Below are positions 14,701 to 27,651 of a stretch of 64,000 nt of DNA, one piece after another. The notes beneath the pieces are model-generated. The model searched no databases and was not told the DNA's origin. It was given only the letters and a program-made list of their open reading frames with translations. Location: positions 8,122,001 to 8,186,000 of the forward strand of contig OZ004614.1 in assembly GCA_963924565.1 (NCBI GenBank), read 5' to 3'. A program made the translations under genes and the position numbers. Positions within the stretch are counted from its first letter, which is position 1, and every line of letters begins with the position of its first letter. This DNA comes from Ascidiella aspersa (Eukaryota).

Positions 14701-17700
14701 GTGTACTGTTAAGTTAATCGCCGGTTATTTTTGTGATTTCATTGGTTAGTAGAACGCCTGCTTCTCGGATGATAGCGGGCTTGATGTTTTTAACAACCTC
14801 TATTTAATAATGGGCAGTTGACTAAACGTTGATGGGTTATTTAATTACTTCCTGCTGCTCAAAATTCAATCTGCCAAAAGCACAATAACAGTAAAAACTG
14901 TTGACGTCTTATAATATTTCGTTTATTTTTTACCGATAATAATACGACATTAATATAGGTATTTTTTAACAGATAAAACGCCATGTTTAAGTTTAATTTA
15001 AGAATTTAATTTTTTTGCAAAATATAAAGTTTTGCCGTGCGATCAAATCATGTATAAATCACATTACAAAAACCTATTTATTTGAATTAAAATTATTAGT
15101 AATGTGGATTAAATCAAATTTTACCAGAATTGTGGATATTACTTAATCTACTTTTTGCAGAAAAAACAGTGACTCATAATATTGCCAAAATTACACCGAT
15201 ACAAATGCCAATTTCCCCCATTGGGGTCAGTTACCCATAAGCCAAAATCCACTGTCCCAGAAGAGAAATAATTCGCACCTTGGTTAACCATTCCGTGTCT
15301 TTCCGCGCAGTGAGCAGCGATCACGGCATCTGTATGCCGCGGGTTCCCGGTTCCGTCGGCGCCGAGCCTTTTACGGCCAAGATTCGCTACACGGGCCCCT
15401 CGGACCCCACTCACCCCAACCTGATCAGGGTGTCGGTCCTGATGCCCCACGTCGACGGCCTACTCCCCGCAATTAGCACCCGACAACTCAGCAACTTCGA
15501 GATCGCGCTGAGCAACGACGGGTCTCGGATCGGCAACCACAGGTGGGCGGCCGGATTCGAACCCGCGATCTCGGGAACTTTTCGAGCGACGAGTTTTAAT
15601 CTTGAACGCAGTATCCAAAGCGTGAATTGTGTTGTAAAGCAGATTGGACGCGAAATGTGCTGTACAGATGCTTTGGTGCGAAATGAATATATCTAATTAA
15701 CTTTTAAACTATATATTTGTAATTTTAGCTCGTTTTTTCTCGCTTTAATTGCGATAACGTCAGCCGGTAATTTTTGTTGCCAGTCTACATAGGACGCAAA
15801 ACGTGGGTACAAAAACACAATTGTCCAACAAAAAAAAACAGCTTCACAGTTTGAAATGGTTCGTTCAACCCAAAACTCAAACCAGACACACTAGTTTTAA
15901 CAAGTTTCCAAAAAATGCGCAGATGTTCGAACGTGATCAATTTCGACGAGATTGTGACAAAGCACGGCTTTCTGAGCGAGGCCACCCGTAACCCGAACGT
16001 GGTTAGCGCGGCCTACCCCTACTTCTACAGCCCCGAATTGCGTGGAAACGACACGCTAAGATTCTACAGGTAAGTGATTTTTTCTATTTAATTTATGCTA
16101 TTTTTCTATTTTTTGTATGGTATTTTTAAGGGGTTTTCGTAAATTTAGTGGGCGTGTATTTTCCGGCAATAATTTTCTGGGATTTTTTAGGGTCAAGACT
16201 TTTTATTTTTTCGTCTTTTATTCTCTATACATTTTTTGCACTTTACGAATGGGCAGAAAAATAAAACAGGCTGTCCTTGAAAAAAAAAATTATATGGGCT
16301 ACATTTATGGACAAGGATGCAAAAAAATATTGGTGTCCGTACACCCCCATTGTTGTAAATGCACCCTTTAACTAACTGTACACGTTGAAACTGAAACTTT
16401 TGTATGCCGCTCGTGTAAATATTTTGCTCAATTTAGGCTAGGTTACAATTTCGCCGTTTGTAAAAGGCCCTTATCAACAGAACACATTCACTTTACAATA
16501 GGGTTAACAATTTTCACTGTCTTTGGAAAAGAACAATTATATGGGCTTCATTTTTGGACAAGGATGCAAAAGTTTTGTGGTGGCCGTGCACCTACAGTTT
16601 TGTAAAGGCACCCTTTAACTGTATACGTTATTTGCATCCATCAAGACCAGTTTAGGATTTCTTGCATGTAAAGGTCCTTATCAATAGGACGCGACCCATG
16701 CGTAATCATCCTTATGCGTACGATTGCAGAAACCTCAACTTGGAGGCCTGTCTCTGGGAGTTCACGAGCTACTACGACATGTCGGAACTTCTGACTGAAT
16801 GCGGAGGAAACGTGGGGACAGATGGACAGGTAAAAAACGACTTACTTACAGATTTGCTCGACACATTTTGGCGAATATGGACAAAACAAACGTTGACCCA
16901 GTTTTGTCTTTGATATTATTGATATCCGCCTAATTCTTCTTGGTTCTTAATTTGGCAACAGTTGGTTTCAAAATGTGTGCTGAGACAAACCAGTGTGACT
17001 TGAGAGATTCTTAAATATGGCGCGGAATTTTTTGTTAACTTAACCCATTCGTAATATGAGGAGGTTAAGTATACTAAATTAATTCCCAGCAAAAGGGTAT
17101 TTGAGATTGACAAGATTCGCGCAAAATTTTGGATTTCTGAAGCACCCCATTTTTGAACTTCTGGCTTCTGAATGTTCTGTTTTTATACGAAATAACTATA
17201 AATCTGTCTTTATAAGGAGTTAAATGCTTTCTGTCACAAAAAACCACCTGATTGTGTCAAACATTTTTTCGGTAGAATAAGCAGAATTGATGTAGAGCGT
17301 AAGATCTAAAAGGCAGTGCCTAAGCGAAAAATGGATTTACGTCGTGTTTGTTTGTCCAGGCGATAAAGTGTGGTCCAATTAACACGAACGGCGGGCTTAA
17401 GAGCTTTAAATGAAGTAAAAACATTTATTTTGACAGAAACAGTATTGCCCCAATCTGTAGGCTCGCCAAGCCACTGAAGAAAAACCCGCCTTGTTTAGTG
17501 GGCGGTTGAAACGGCGAACATGAGTTTACGGGCAATTACGGACGCAAACAACAGCCAATTTTCCCACACGTGGTAGACTTTTCAAAAAACAAATTCAACA
17601 AAACGATTTGTACGATTGAAATGCCAACGCGGGTGAAACTGTGCTCATATTTGACCCCTGGGACCCGCGAGCGCATCGAGTGTCCACCAAAGGTGTGTTT

Positions 17701-20700
17701 TGGGAGCTTTGCAACACGAGAAAATGCAAACGCGGCGGCCGCCTTCAAAGCGATGAGCTCTCTCGCCCAGGATAAATATATTGCCGCCGAACTTGGCTTT
17801 TCTTCACCGTAAAACCCGACCGCCGTAACATCGCCTATTCGCTGCGGTTTGACGGCTTTGCCAAAGCCAGTCAATCAAGGTTAAACGGGGTGCGGCGATG
17901 TGATGCTTCTTTCTTTAACCCCTGATATAGTATAAACATTTTTTTGTGAAAATTGAAAAGTAATGCTAAAGCCTGTATGAACCAGAGTTGAATGATTCAC
18001 CGTTTTTCTTTTTTAGCCAGTTAAATGAGAATTTTAGGATTTCATTATGACCTTATGACTTACAAATAAGTGTTGAGAGTCACTGAACAATTTATTCTAC
18101 TCCAAAGCGTTACACTGTATAACGGGCCTAAAATGCCATATATGCAAATCTAGCTTGTTTAGAACGGCAGGATATACAGGGCCTACTAAACTGTTTTTAA
18201 TTCGTTGAAGAACATAGCTGTTTCGTTTTTTTTTGTATTGAACTAACAATGGGCAAATAGCAATGCACACCTTGACATTTCTATTGAAATTAGCGAAAAA
18301 CAATTACCGTTAGGTTGAGATGAAAGCCGTCAAGGCGGTGAAGGTTGTTTAGTAAATACGGAAATGTGTTTACCTGACCCTTACGAAAGTCAATGCACCA
18401 ATCTAATGCTATCTCCGTGTGCACAGATGGGCAATCGTCTCGGAATATTGACAAAGTTTGGCTTATCTGTTTTATCACGGTTTAAGGTATCGCTCAAATA
18501 ACCTTATCTCACTCAAAAGTCACCCAACGCACTAAAACACAAATTCGGTGGCAATTTTACCCCCTGTAACCTATCAACGCCCCACCTTCGTCATTCGACG
18601 CCCTCGGGGAAGCTTAAACGGGCGATGATGGAGAGTGTGGCCTTTCGGGGGCAAACAAGACCCCGGCCATTACCCCCTATTAAGCCGCGATGAAAACCCA
18701 GCGCTGCGGTTAAAGTGCGTTATTCGGCGTGTGGTTGTACACAACAATCCGCTTGAATGTGGCACTATTTACACACGTACCAGCCTAAATAGCCGGCGAA
18801 TTTCGACCTGGGTGTTAGGTTACCGGCCACTAACACTTGGCTTTGAATTCGCGCTTAAATCGCGTTTGTTTGACTTCTTCTAATGGCTCTGCGTCTGGTT
18901 TGTCTTCGCACATTCCGGGCTTAATTTATGCGTCGCCCAAGCTTCTTAAACCGTCATGTTTTGGGCCAATGGCGTGCAGTTTAAGTTACGCGATCGTGTC
19001 TCGGCAAACAGCGGTATATACCGACTGGTTTCTTTTGGCCAAAAAGCTATCGAGTTAGTTTAAATAAACACGTTAATTCGTTGATGGAATTCATCATACC
19101 TTCTTGCCTTTTTTGGAAATATCTCAAAGGTCTGCAGCGAAATGCTGTATCGTAGTGGGTTATACATGGGAGTTTAAGCATGCAATTTACTATTGATGCG
19201 AAACTAAGCTTGCATATTGGATATTATCAGATCAAGCATAAATGTTACGTAATGATAATGCAATAATTTACCGATCTAATAGAAAACTGTAACATTTAGA
19301 AATGCTTTGCGACCCTCCTAAAATACTTTCGCGACCCAAATATCTCCAAGTTCTGCAGCGAAATGCTGTATCGTAGTGGGTTATACATGGAAGTTCAAGC
19401 GGTATATACGTGTGAAACAAACGTTTTTTTTAACGTGGAAAATGTAAAACTCGGATTTATTTGGATTTTATTTATTAAGCATCCAAACAAAAACTTAAGT
19501 TTGTGCAACTGTTTTGATGTTTGAATTAGATCGTTCAAAACCGTTTTCTACGCTGAATGGCGAATGTATTTACAAAAGCATAACGAACAATATAGGGTTG
19601 GAAATACGTTTGTGTTTTTATACAAATTTTAGTTTCATTTCAATTATATTATGAACTTAAAATGTACTTTTGTACGATAACTATTATTTTTTTATTTTTG
19701 AAGTATAGGTTATAATAGAAACAATGGTGAATTATCTAAGGCTCTACTCGTGTTTGTTTATTTTCTCTTTAAAAATGTTGAGTCCACTTCAGGCCAACAT
19801 TAAACCTGTCAATTCAGAGTTGTCAATGCAAATCAGTTTCACAGCTTCGGAGTGTATATTTCTGTTAAAATCACTCAAAAAACACATTTTACCACAAACA
19901 ACAGCTAAAACCACTAAAATTACAAACACTTTGATTTCAGGTCCTGGACCAATCACAGTCATACGTGTCGCTTCAAGTTCCTCTATACGTCTCCTACATA
20001 TTCCACTCCCCTGTCGGCAAGGGATGGCAACATTTCGACCAACAGACCGAACTCCGACTCACCTTCGTGTACGATACCGCCATCTTGTGGGAAAAGGGCA
20101 TCGGAACACCCCCCGAAGCGGAACTACAAGGTATGTTTTGTTTTGGAGTTTTTTTTTTTGAGTTTGTTAATTTTTTCAGATAAACGCACAAAAAAGCGTT
20201 TATATTGAGCTTTATATTGGCTTTGTTTACAATTTATTAAATAATTATTTATTGGTATACAATCTTTATTTTAAGTTATACAACCTTATTTTTTTCTTAT
20301 TTAATTCAACTGTAAAAAATCCTGCATTTCCACCTATCGCTAATTTTACCGCTCTTTTTCACAGGCCAAAATAATTTCCCCGACCAATCCAACTCTATAA
20401 AATCGCACGTTCAAACGCCGCCGATTTTCACACACCCCCTCTTTTTCACCGCCCAAAAAAATCAACACCACGGCTTTTCACCACAGGTTAAAATAAATTC
20501 CCCAATTCCCCACAAATTTAACTCTATAAAATCCCGCATTCAAACGCTGCCGATTTTCACACACCCCGCTTTTTCACCACCCAAAAAAATTCCCACCCCC
20601 CCACGCCCAAAAAAATTCCCCACACCACGGCTTTTCACCACAGGTTAAAATAAATTCCCCACAAATTTAACTCTATAAAATCCCGCATTCAAACGCATCC

Positions 20701-23700
20701 GATTTTCACGCACCGCGGTTTTTCACCGGCGAATATATTCCCCACAAATTTACCTATATAAAATGCCGCCTTCCACCTGTCGCCGATTTTCACGTGCCTC
20801 TCTTTTTCCCAACCCGTCACAGGCTACCTGTACCCGACCAGCATGCGAATCCAAGAGGACGGCCGCCTAGTGGTGAAGTTCCGCACCGAGGCCCGGTTCC
20901 GGGGTCAGTTCGTGGCCGAGCACCCCAGTGCCGACGGCGCCGCCATGGTCATGAGTGCCGCCCACCCAGAACTCGAGATGTCCCTGAATCTTGTGCGCAG
21001 CGAGACCACCTATAACAATCCGCGACAGGAGTGGTCATTTGTCTCCGATTACGCCGTAAGTTTTATGAATTCATTCGAATTAAGAGACTGATCATGCCTT
21101 ATTTTGTGGAAAAATATATTTCTCTTTTAAATAACTAGAACTTAGCTTATTAATGAATGAATTTAACTAAGATAGGGAAGTCTAAAGAGTACTTGCTTTC
21201 ATATGATTGTCGTCATTTACGTGTAAGGGCGAGGAAATATCTTTATATTTTACACATTCAGTTTGTCACTGGAGTAAGGTTTAGATATGCTTTTGAACTA
21301 TTTAAATCTTGAGACGTGCCCCAAATAGCTTATCAACATAATTGGAAACTTGGTGGAATGCAAAACATGCGCAGATCGCATTTTTTCCGTAAAAATTGCA
21401 TAATTTCGGACATATTTTTTTGAAATAGAATGTTTTTGCCTTCTTCAGATCCGCGACTACTCCGGCAGTTACACGATCAAGCTGATACCATGTACATCGC
21501 CTCCAGGCCAAGCTTACACAATCCCGATCGTCTGCAATCCACGGGAGCCGCTCACTTTTGACATGGACATTAGGTTTCAGCAGGTGAGACTAAACCTCTA
21601 AGGCTAAAGTACTCCTTTGAGATTTTTACTTTTTGTACTAATGAGAATTTTTTGTTACACAAGCATAAAAACTCGAACATTAGAGGGAAAATTTAACCTA
21701 AACATTCCATTAAATCCGTTTGCCGTATAGCTCGATAAAAGATAAGTCACACGTTTAAATCTAAAATTCTGAGCCTATGAGCATGATTTGTTAATAATGT
21801 GGGATGGTAAAAAGTATTACCGACGCATAACCTTTAAAACGTTTTTAAATCTAAAAAATAGCCACTGATTTTTAAATCTCTTTTTGCACTCTGCACTCAG
21901 CAGTTTATTACAGCTGATTTAGTAAACAAATGACAGAGAACTTTGGCTTCAAGAATTTGTAAGCTTGATTCATATTGGCTTTAAATTCGAAAGTCCCTTT
22001 CCATTATGGTCAAATAATTTGGAATTTATTCGGTAATTTCTTATTTCCATAATGTTTGCATGTTTGACATCTATAGAATTAACACTTATATGCTTTTGCG
22101 GTGATTTATTTCAGGTCAGCGACCCTGTGGCAGCAGAATTCAGCCTCGACACCAACTTCTACCTTCTCAGCAAGAAGGCTCTCTACCTCAGCGACGGTTC
22201 GATGGGATTTTCTGAGGAGGGCGACGTGGCTTTCACTGAAGGTATGTTTTTTCAACAGAAACCAACACCGCAATATGTTGGAACTGGTAGTAAAGAGCCT
22301 TATAGATGACGTAGTACTCAGAAAAATGTTAGACTAATTCCATTGGGTATAAAAGCAAACTTAAATTTCTTGGCTACGATTTTATACGTGGTTGGCTTTC
22401 GTTTATATTTCATTATTAGTCAATGTGGATTTATGGTGAGAAGTTTTTTTTACAAATATAAACGTTTTCGATTAAAGGTCCAATAGGCTTTACCATCATT
22501 GTGTGCTGTAGTCTTTCATCAAATGATTTCATTAGCATGCATGATGTCACCGTCTATAAGTATTTTGTATGACTCTCAATATTTTAAAACTACCTAAAAT
22601 AATCCTTTACTCATTATTAAAGTAGCAAACGCACTCCTGATAGCATCTTACATATCTATAAACAGAAAAATGAAATATTTGAATGTCTAACGAGACTTGG
22701 ACACCCTAAACCAGGGGTTCTTTAACTGGGGTCCATGAAGGCCAAATTGAAATATTAGTGTATATTTAAGATGTAATCACTTTTTAAAGAAAAGAGTTTA
22801 ACTAAAAAACAGCGTTTAAGCACTGAATGTATTTAGAATCCATTTAACCTAAATCATCAGCATATTTCTGAAGTCTATTTGATGGTGACGTCAATGTGTG
22901 ACTTATTTTTTGAAAATTTGCTTACCGTGGTCAACGCGAACCAAAAAAAAACTAGGGGTCGGCGGTAAAAAAAATTGTAGAACCCCTTCCCTATACGAAA
23001 TCACAAAAAAATCTAACCTCTTCTTTTCCTCGTGTTCTTCTTTAGGAGCCGAGATATTCGGTCGCGTGGTTGTGGATCCTCTTCAGCAGCTTGGAAGCTC
23101 GTTCGATGCCAACATTGAGAAGGTGTTCGTTTGCTGCGGACGCGACGGATACGTTCCCAAGTACAACCCGGAGAACGGCGAGTACGGCTGCCTGGCTGAC
23201 AGCCCGAACCTGCGCAAACGATACAAAGTGCTGGTAAGAAGTCCTATTTGCTGGTTGTTGACCATTTTTTCGTGTTAGAGTTACAATTTAGTTTGATTCG
23301 AGCATTTGGGATATTGTAAAACAGAGGTTCGCAAAATGTGAGTCGCGACGCCCTGGTGCGTCGTTTATTTTTTAAGGGCGTCGAAAAACGATTTTGGTTC
23401 GTGTCTAATCTCAACTGCGGTTTTAGAATGTTCTCAAATATTTTGATTTCTGTTACAACAAAAAGCGTCGCAAGGAAAAGTTAAATAACCACATTCGTAA
23501 GACTTGTTTTTCTCCTTGCAAAACTCTTGCCACAATAATTTATTAGGTAAATAAGCATTAAACGCTTTTACAAAAAACAGAAATGGCTTCGTGCAAACCG
23601 GTTTGTATATGTGTGCACTGTACAGCATTCACAAGGTGGCCTTGACCCAAATAGGTTTGGTTTGAGGTGGAATGTTCCTGAAACGTGGGCAAAATATTTC

Positions 23701-26700
23701 GCTCGTTTAGTTCTCATCGTTTATCAACTCCGAAAGGCGCCTTTTGCAGACATCGCCATCATTTGTAAAGGCCACTTATCGGACCGCTGTCCATTTCACA
23801 TGCGCAAAAGCGCTTTTTTAGCACCAACGCTGCAAAATAGAAACAGTGGCCTGTGGACTGATACTTTAAAACACACACACACACACATGCAGAGCGTCTG
23901 ATGCCAAACTGTCTGGCCCAATGTCCATTATATGTTTCGTTGATTCTTTTTAAAGCCCGCCTTGAACGAGGGTTGGGAGGGGGTTTTGTTGCTTCTATCT
24001 TAAGGGGTGATGACGGAGGTCTCCGTGTAATCCCCCCAAACAGAGAAGCGACGCCGGCTCGCCTGCTGCCCTGTAGTCGTTGACTACATCTTGCCCCAAC
24101 CCTTAACACGCCGGTCATTTATCGTCTGGTCTTCTTCATTTTTTTTCTTTTTTTTGGCACGCCTTTTTTTCGGCACGCCGTTCTATTTTTCGGCACGCCA
24201 GAAAGCTTTGGTTTCGTCCGCCTTCTTTAAATTAAAGGTTTGATAAATTTCTGGTAAACTTTGGCGAATATGGCCACCCTTTTAGAATAGGCTACTCTGT
24301 CGCATAGTTGTTCCTAACCATTTCGAATTGTAGAGGAGACTTTGATAATTGAGGAAATCACTTGTCATAAAACAGAAATAAAATTGAGTTGTGTTACAAA
24401 TTTTTAGATATTTCTAAATCATTGATTTGTTGAAAAATAATGTATCAGTTTATCTAAAGAGTACTCCAATCATCATTAATGTGTAGACGTATAGTCACTC
24501 GCGTTAAATATAAGTAATACGCATTTAAAATGCAGGGTTTATCTGCCAAGCAGACTTGAGTAGACTCCGATCCGAATCTCTCTCTTATACAAATATAATC
24601 GTTTAGATATGTTTTAGAAACTTTTACACAATATAGTCTTTGTATTCTGTTAGTTCCTTTGATTTTTATCACATACATACTGCTACAGAATTGAACAGTT
24701 GTACTTCAATGTTTCTATTTTGTTGACAACGTTACCTTTTTATCCAACATGAGTTTTAATTGTTTGATGAGCATAAAACTTTTTAAATCGTTCATCAAGT
24801 AAAAATAGATTGCCTTGGTGATTTAAGTTGAATATTGTGAAACCTTGGTAATGATTGCCGACTTTCCTAACTTATAAACATAGCGTAAAAAATTCGTCGT
24901 TAATCCCTCTCTTATACAAATATAATCTATTTTGGCCGGACACGCAGTTCACGGAAATTAATCAAGCCTTATCTCTTCACCCCAGGACAAGGAGCAGCCA
25001 GTGTGCAGACTCCCACCATCATTAATGATGTAGACGTACATACGTTAAATATGAGTAATCTTCATTTGAATTGCCGGGTTTATCTGTCAAGCAAACTTCT
25101 TCGCTCTAATCCAAATCTCACTGAAATGTATATAATCTATTTTCGCCGGACACGCAGTTCACGGAAATTAATAAATCCTTATCTCTTTATCCCAGGACAA
25201 GGAGCAGCCAGACACGCAAGACACCAACGCCGACAACGTCGCTTTCAACGCTCGCCTCGCTCTCGACGACCCAGAGTCGCTTCCCATCGTCCGTCAACCT
25301 GGAACCGACGGTTTCCGCCTGGGATCCGCTCCGCTTTTCACCGTAAGTCGTCCGCAGTCCGCATCCTGAATATGTACATGTTTTAGCGCTAACCCTTGTA
25401 TGCTGTATACCTACCTCGTGTTGTAGAATAGAGTTTTTTTTCCTTTTTTCGTATAACCTTCGCTTTGACCCTGATAGGCGTATTTTTACTGAATGACGAT
25501 AAACTATTTAATTTTATACTATATTTCGGGCCGTGCACAACTTAATTTTTCCTAATTTAGGTAACAGTGAACTATAGGGAATGAATATCTTAAATTGACA
25601 GCTAACAATCAAGGGCGAATTTAACCTATTTTCCATTATTAACAGTATTCAAGAAATTTTGATATATATTTCTGAATATAAAACACAAATTAAAACCTCG
25701 GTCACTCATTGTTAAACATTTTTTTGTGATACTGATTTATAAGATTTTAACGAAATTTGATTTTGTAGTACTTCTCATATATTCAAAATTTTACGCTTGC
25801 ATTAACGTTAAATAAACGGCGACACGCTTGCCAAGAAGTTAAAGTTTTTTTTAGTTCGGAAACCGAATTGCGATCTCGTTTTTTATCCCTTATCAATACA
25901 CGCGCGTCCATCAAACGAAATAATTGCGGCACCAAAACAAGACCAAAAATACCGGCCCCCAGTTTGCGCGGTATGCCGATTGCTAAAGAAGCGTTATTTG
26001 TGGTTACTACAGAAAGCGATAGGTAGGCGGCGAAATCGGAGCGTCTCTTTAATCCGGCTGTTGCGCCTTTTCTCGCGTAACTCACTTCCGTTTTGTCGGC
26101 GCTAAAAATCGTTAGCGCAATCGAGACGAGCCTGTCTGTCATTTTGTTCCAGTCTTGGCCTCTTATCGCAACATCTTCCGTATAGCGGACAAACTTTGGC
26201 TTTATGTTCAACTTCGATTTCAATCAAGGCAACTACAAGATAACCAAAAACGTACAGCTACTCATACCCGTTCAGTTTACTTGACTTACAACTTGAAGAA
26301 TTCTATAAAACCTATACCAGATCGAAATTCGTTTTTAATGTCTAATTTTTTTATTAACAGTATCTTTACGATTTTGTACTACAATATCGACTTGACAACA
26401 CCAGAATGACTTGCTTTGATATTGAGTTGTGTCGTAAGGGGCTTGGGTCGAAAGTGTTGTAGAAAAATCGGGACAAAACAAAAGAGAAAACATTCAGAGA
26501 AATGAAAATCGTGTTCGAAAATGGCTCAACTTCAATTTAAGTTACCTATATGATGACTTAACTTGGACTTGTTTATTTGCCATCTAACTATTTCGTTCGA
26601 TTTGATTGTATTGTAAATGTCTTGACTTGGACTTGTGTTATGTCGCAAACGACTTGAATTGAACCCGGATCCAAGTCGTATTTATAAGGATATAATTAAA

Positions 26701-27651
26701 CAGCTGACATTATGCCATTTTGAAATTGACTATAAGTTAGGTTTAGAGTTGAAATTTGTATTTCCTAAACGGTTCGAAACCCTGTGTAAAGTTACCACAA
26801 GTGACGCATCTTCACAACTAGGGATGTCAAGTGTCGGTACTCGTCCGGTACTAGGGTGGTATCGGTGCCGATCCGATATTAAATTAATTAAACGAGAATA
26901 GTCTTGGAAGCCAACGCAGCGATTCTAGGTTAACAACTGAAAGTTCTAAACTTGCGAATTTCGGTCTACCAATCCAGTAAGAAAATAGTTTTGAACGCTA
27001 CAATTTCATCAATTTTGTTGTTTAAGCATGGCGAAGACGTATTTTGGTAATGCCCCATATAGGACATCCCTATTGACATCAGTTCTGTTTACGCAGGCGG
27101 CAGTGGGCAAGGAATGGTACATGCACACCATCTACACGGTCAAGTCGAGCGACCTGCGAAAGCGACGCTCGGTGGTGCGGACCTACCACGCCCTCACGCG
27201 GACAGGAGAGGGAAGAAGAAGAGCAAGACGAGCGGCGGAGGAGGACCTTGCCTCCACAATCGGCAAGGAGCAAGACAGAGGCACGCAGATGATGCACATC
27301 AAGCTCATTTCCAAGGCCAAGACAAACGCGGATCTAAGCGGCGGTCGTAATGCTGATGGAGAGTTCGACGTTGATGGCGGCGGCTCTTCCGATTCTTCCT
27401 TTCCTATATTGGCGCTCATAATCGGAGCCGCCGCTCTTTTGGCTGTGGTTGTCATAGTGGTTGGAGTTGTGCTTTACAAGCGACGCGAGCCCGCCCAGGC
27501 GCCAAAGGACGTCGCCAGCAAAGGCCGCTACAAGGGCGGCAAGCATATCGTCGTTGCCGGAAAACGAGGCTCGAAAGCCCGCAGCGCCGGCGCCGGCGGC
27601 ACGATGTCGAACAGCAGCGGCTACAGCAGCTCCGACGGCTCGGAGGTCTGA
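2777..27651 (+). CDS. FREM2: FRAS1-related extracellular matrix protein 2 / ECM3-like, 5'-partial (18 exons): Calx-beta repeats, C-terminal conserved region, TM helix, PDZ-binding tail
   Basis: Exons with AG/GT ends and consistent phases: 2777-2986, 3669-3866, 9015-9182, 10523-10705, 11354-11484, 13296-13448, 13909-13994, 14417-14619, 15311-15542, 15923-16069, 16730-16829, 19941-20130, 20823-21055, 21449-21583, 22115-22241, 23046-23233, 25196-25342, 27097-27651 (3386 nt, one open frame to TGA). Calx-beta motifs ([14 protein letters not shown]; [22 protein letters not shown]; [27 protein letters not shown]), FREM2-like blocks ([80 protein letters not shown]), [27 protein letters not shown]-terminus SDGSEV. 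FREM2 vs FREM3/ECM3 orthology cannot be settled without phylogeny. Confidence 0.92.
6295..6550. repeat. Tandem repeat, about 108-bp unit x ~2.3
   Basis: AACCAAATCAAAC...ATTTTGTTGG...GAGAAATTTAGCTCACACCCCAT...ATATAAA(A/G)GTACAACAG recurs at ~108-bp spacing. Confidence 0.75.
10730..11250. repeat. Degenerate AT-rich minisatellite in FREM2 intron
   Basis: Recurring TGTC(T/C).....AT(A)AAAA-type short units; period irregular. Confidence 0.4.
16270..16695. repeat. Intronic tandem duplication, about 250-bp spacing
   Basis: AATTATATGGGCT...TGGACAAGGATGCAAAA...GCACCC(C)TTTAACT and TGTAAA(A)GG(C/T)CCTTATCAA each occur twice. Confidence 0.7.
19117..19400. repeat. Direct repeat of ~63 bp (19117-19179 and 19338-19400)
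   Basis: Shared core TCTGCAGCGAAATGCTGTATCGTAGTGGGTTATACATGG is identical in both copies. Confidence 0.85.
20310..20800. repeat. C-rich tandem repeat (~120-150-bp unit, ~4 copies) upstream of exon 20823
   Basis: AACTCTATAAAATC(C/G)C(G/A)C(A/G)TTCAAACGC..CCGATTTTCAC...TTTTTCACC...AAATAAATTCCCC repeated. Confidence 0.85.
22712..22988. mobile_element. hAT-type MITE
   Basis: Ends CAGGGGTTCT / AGAACCCCTT; flanking 8-mers CCCTAAAC / CCCTATAC (7/8). Confidence 0.65.
24460..25211 (+). repeat. Partial tandem duplication including the 3' splice site and first 16 nt of exon 25196
   Basis: GCCGGACACGCAGTTCACGGAAATTAAT...CCTTATCTCTT...CCCAG|GACAAGGAGCAGCCAG at ~24934-25001 and ~25145-25211; upstream block CATCATTAATG..TAGACGTA...GGGTTTATCTG.CAAGCA.ACTT at ~24470 and ~25015. 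Confidence 0.85.
26819..27072. mobile_element. Ac-like hAT MITE (TAGGGATGTC termini)
   Basis: TIR TAGGGATGTC / GACATCCCTA; flanks TTCACAAC / TTGACATC (6/8); internal CCGAT/ATCGG motifs. Confidence 0.6.

Noticed and set aside
19117-20800. CRISPR-like array from direct repeats
   Set aside because: Eukaryotic intron; units are long tandem duplications without unique spacers and there are no cas genes
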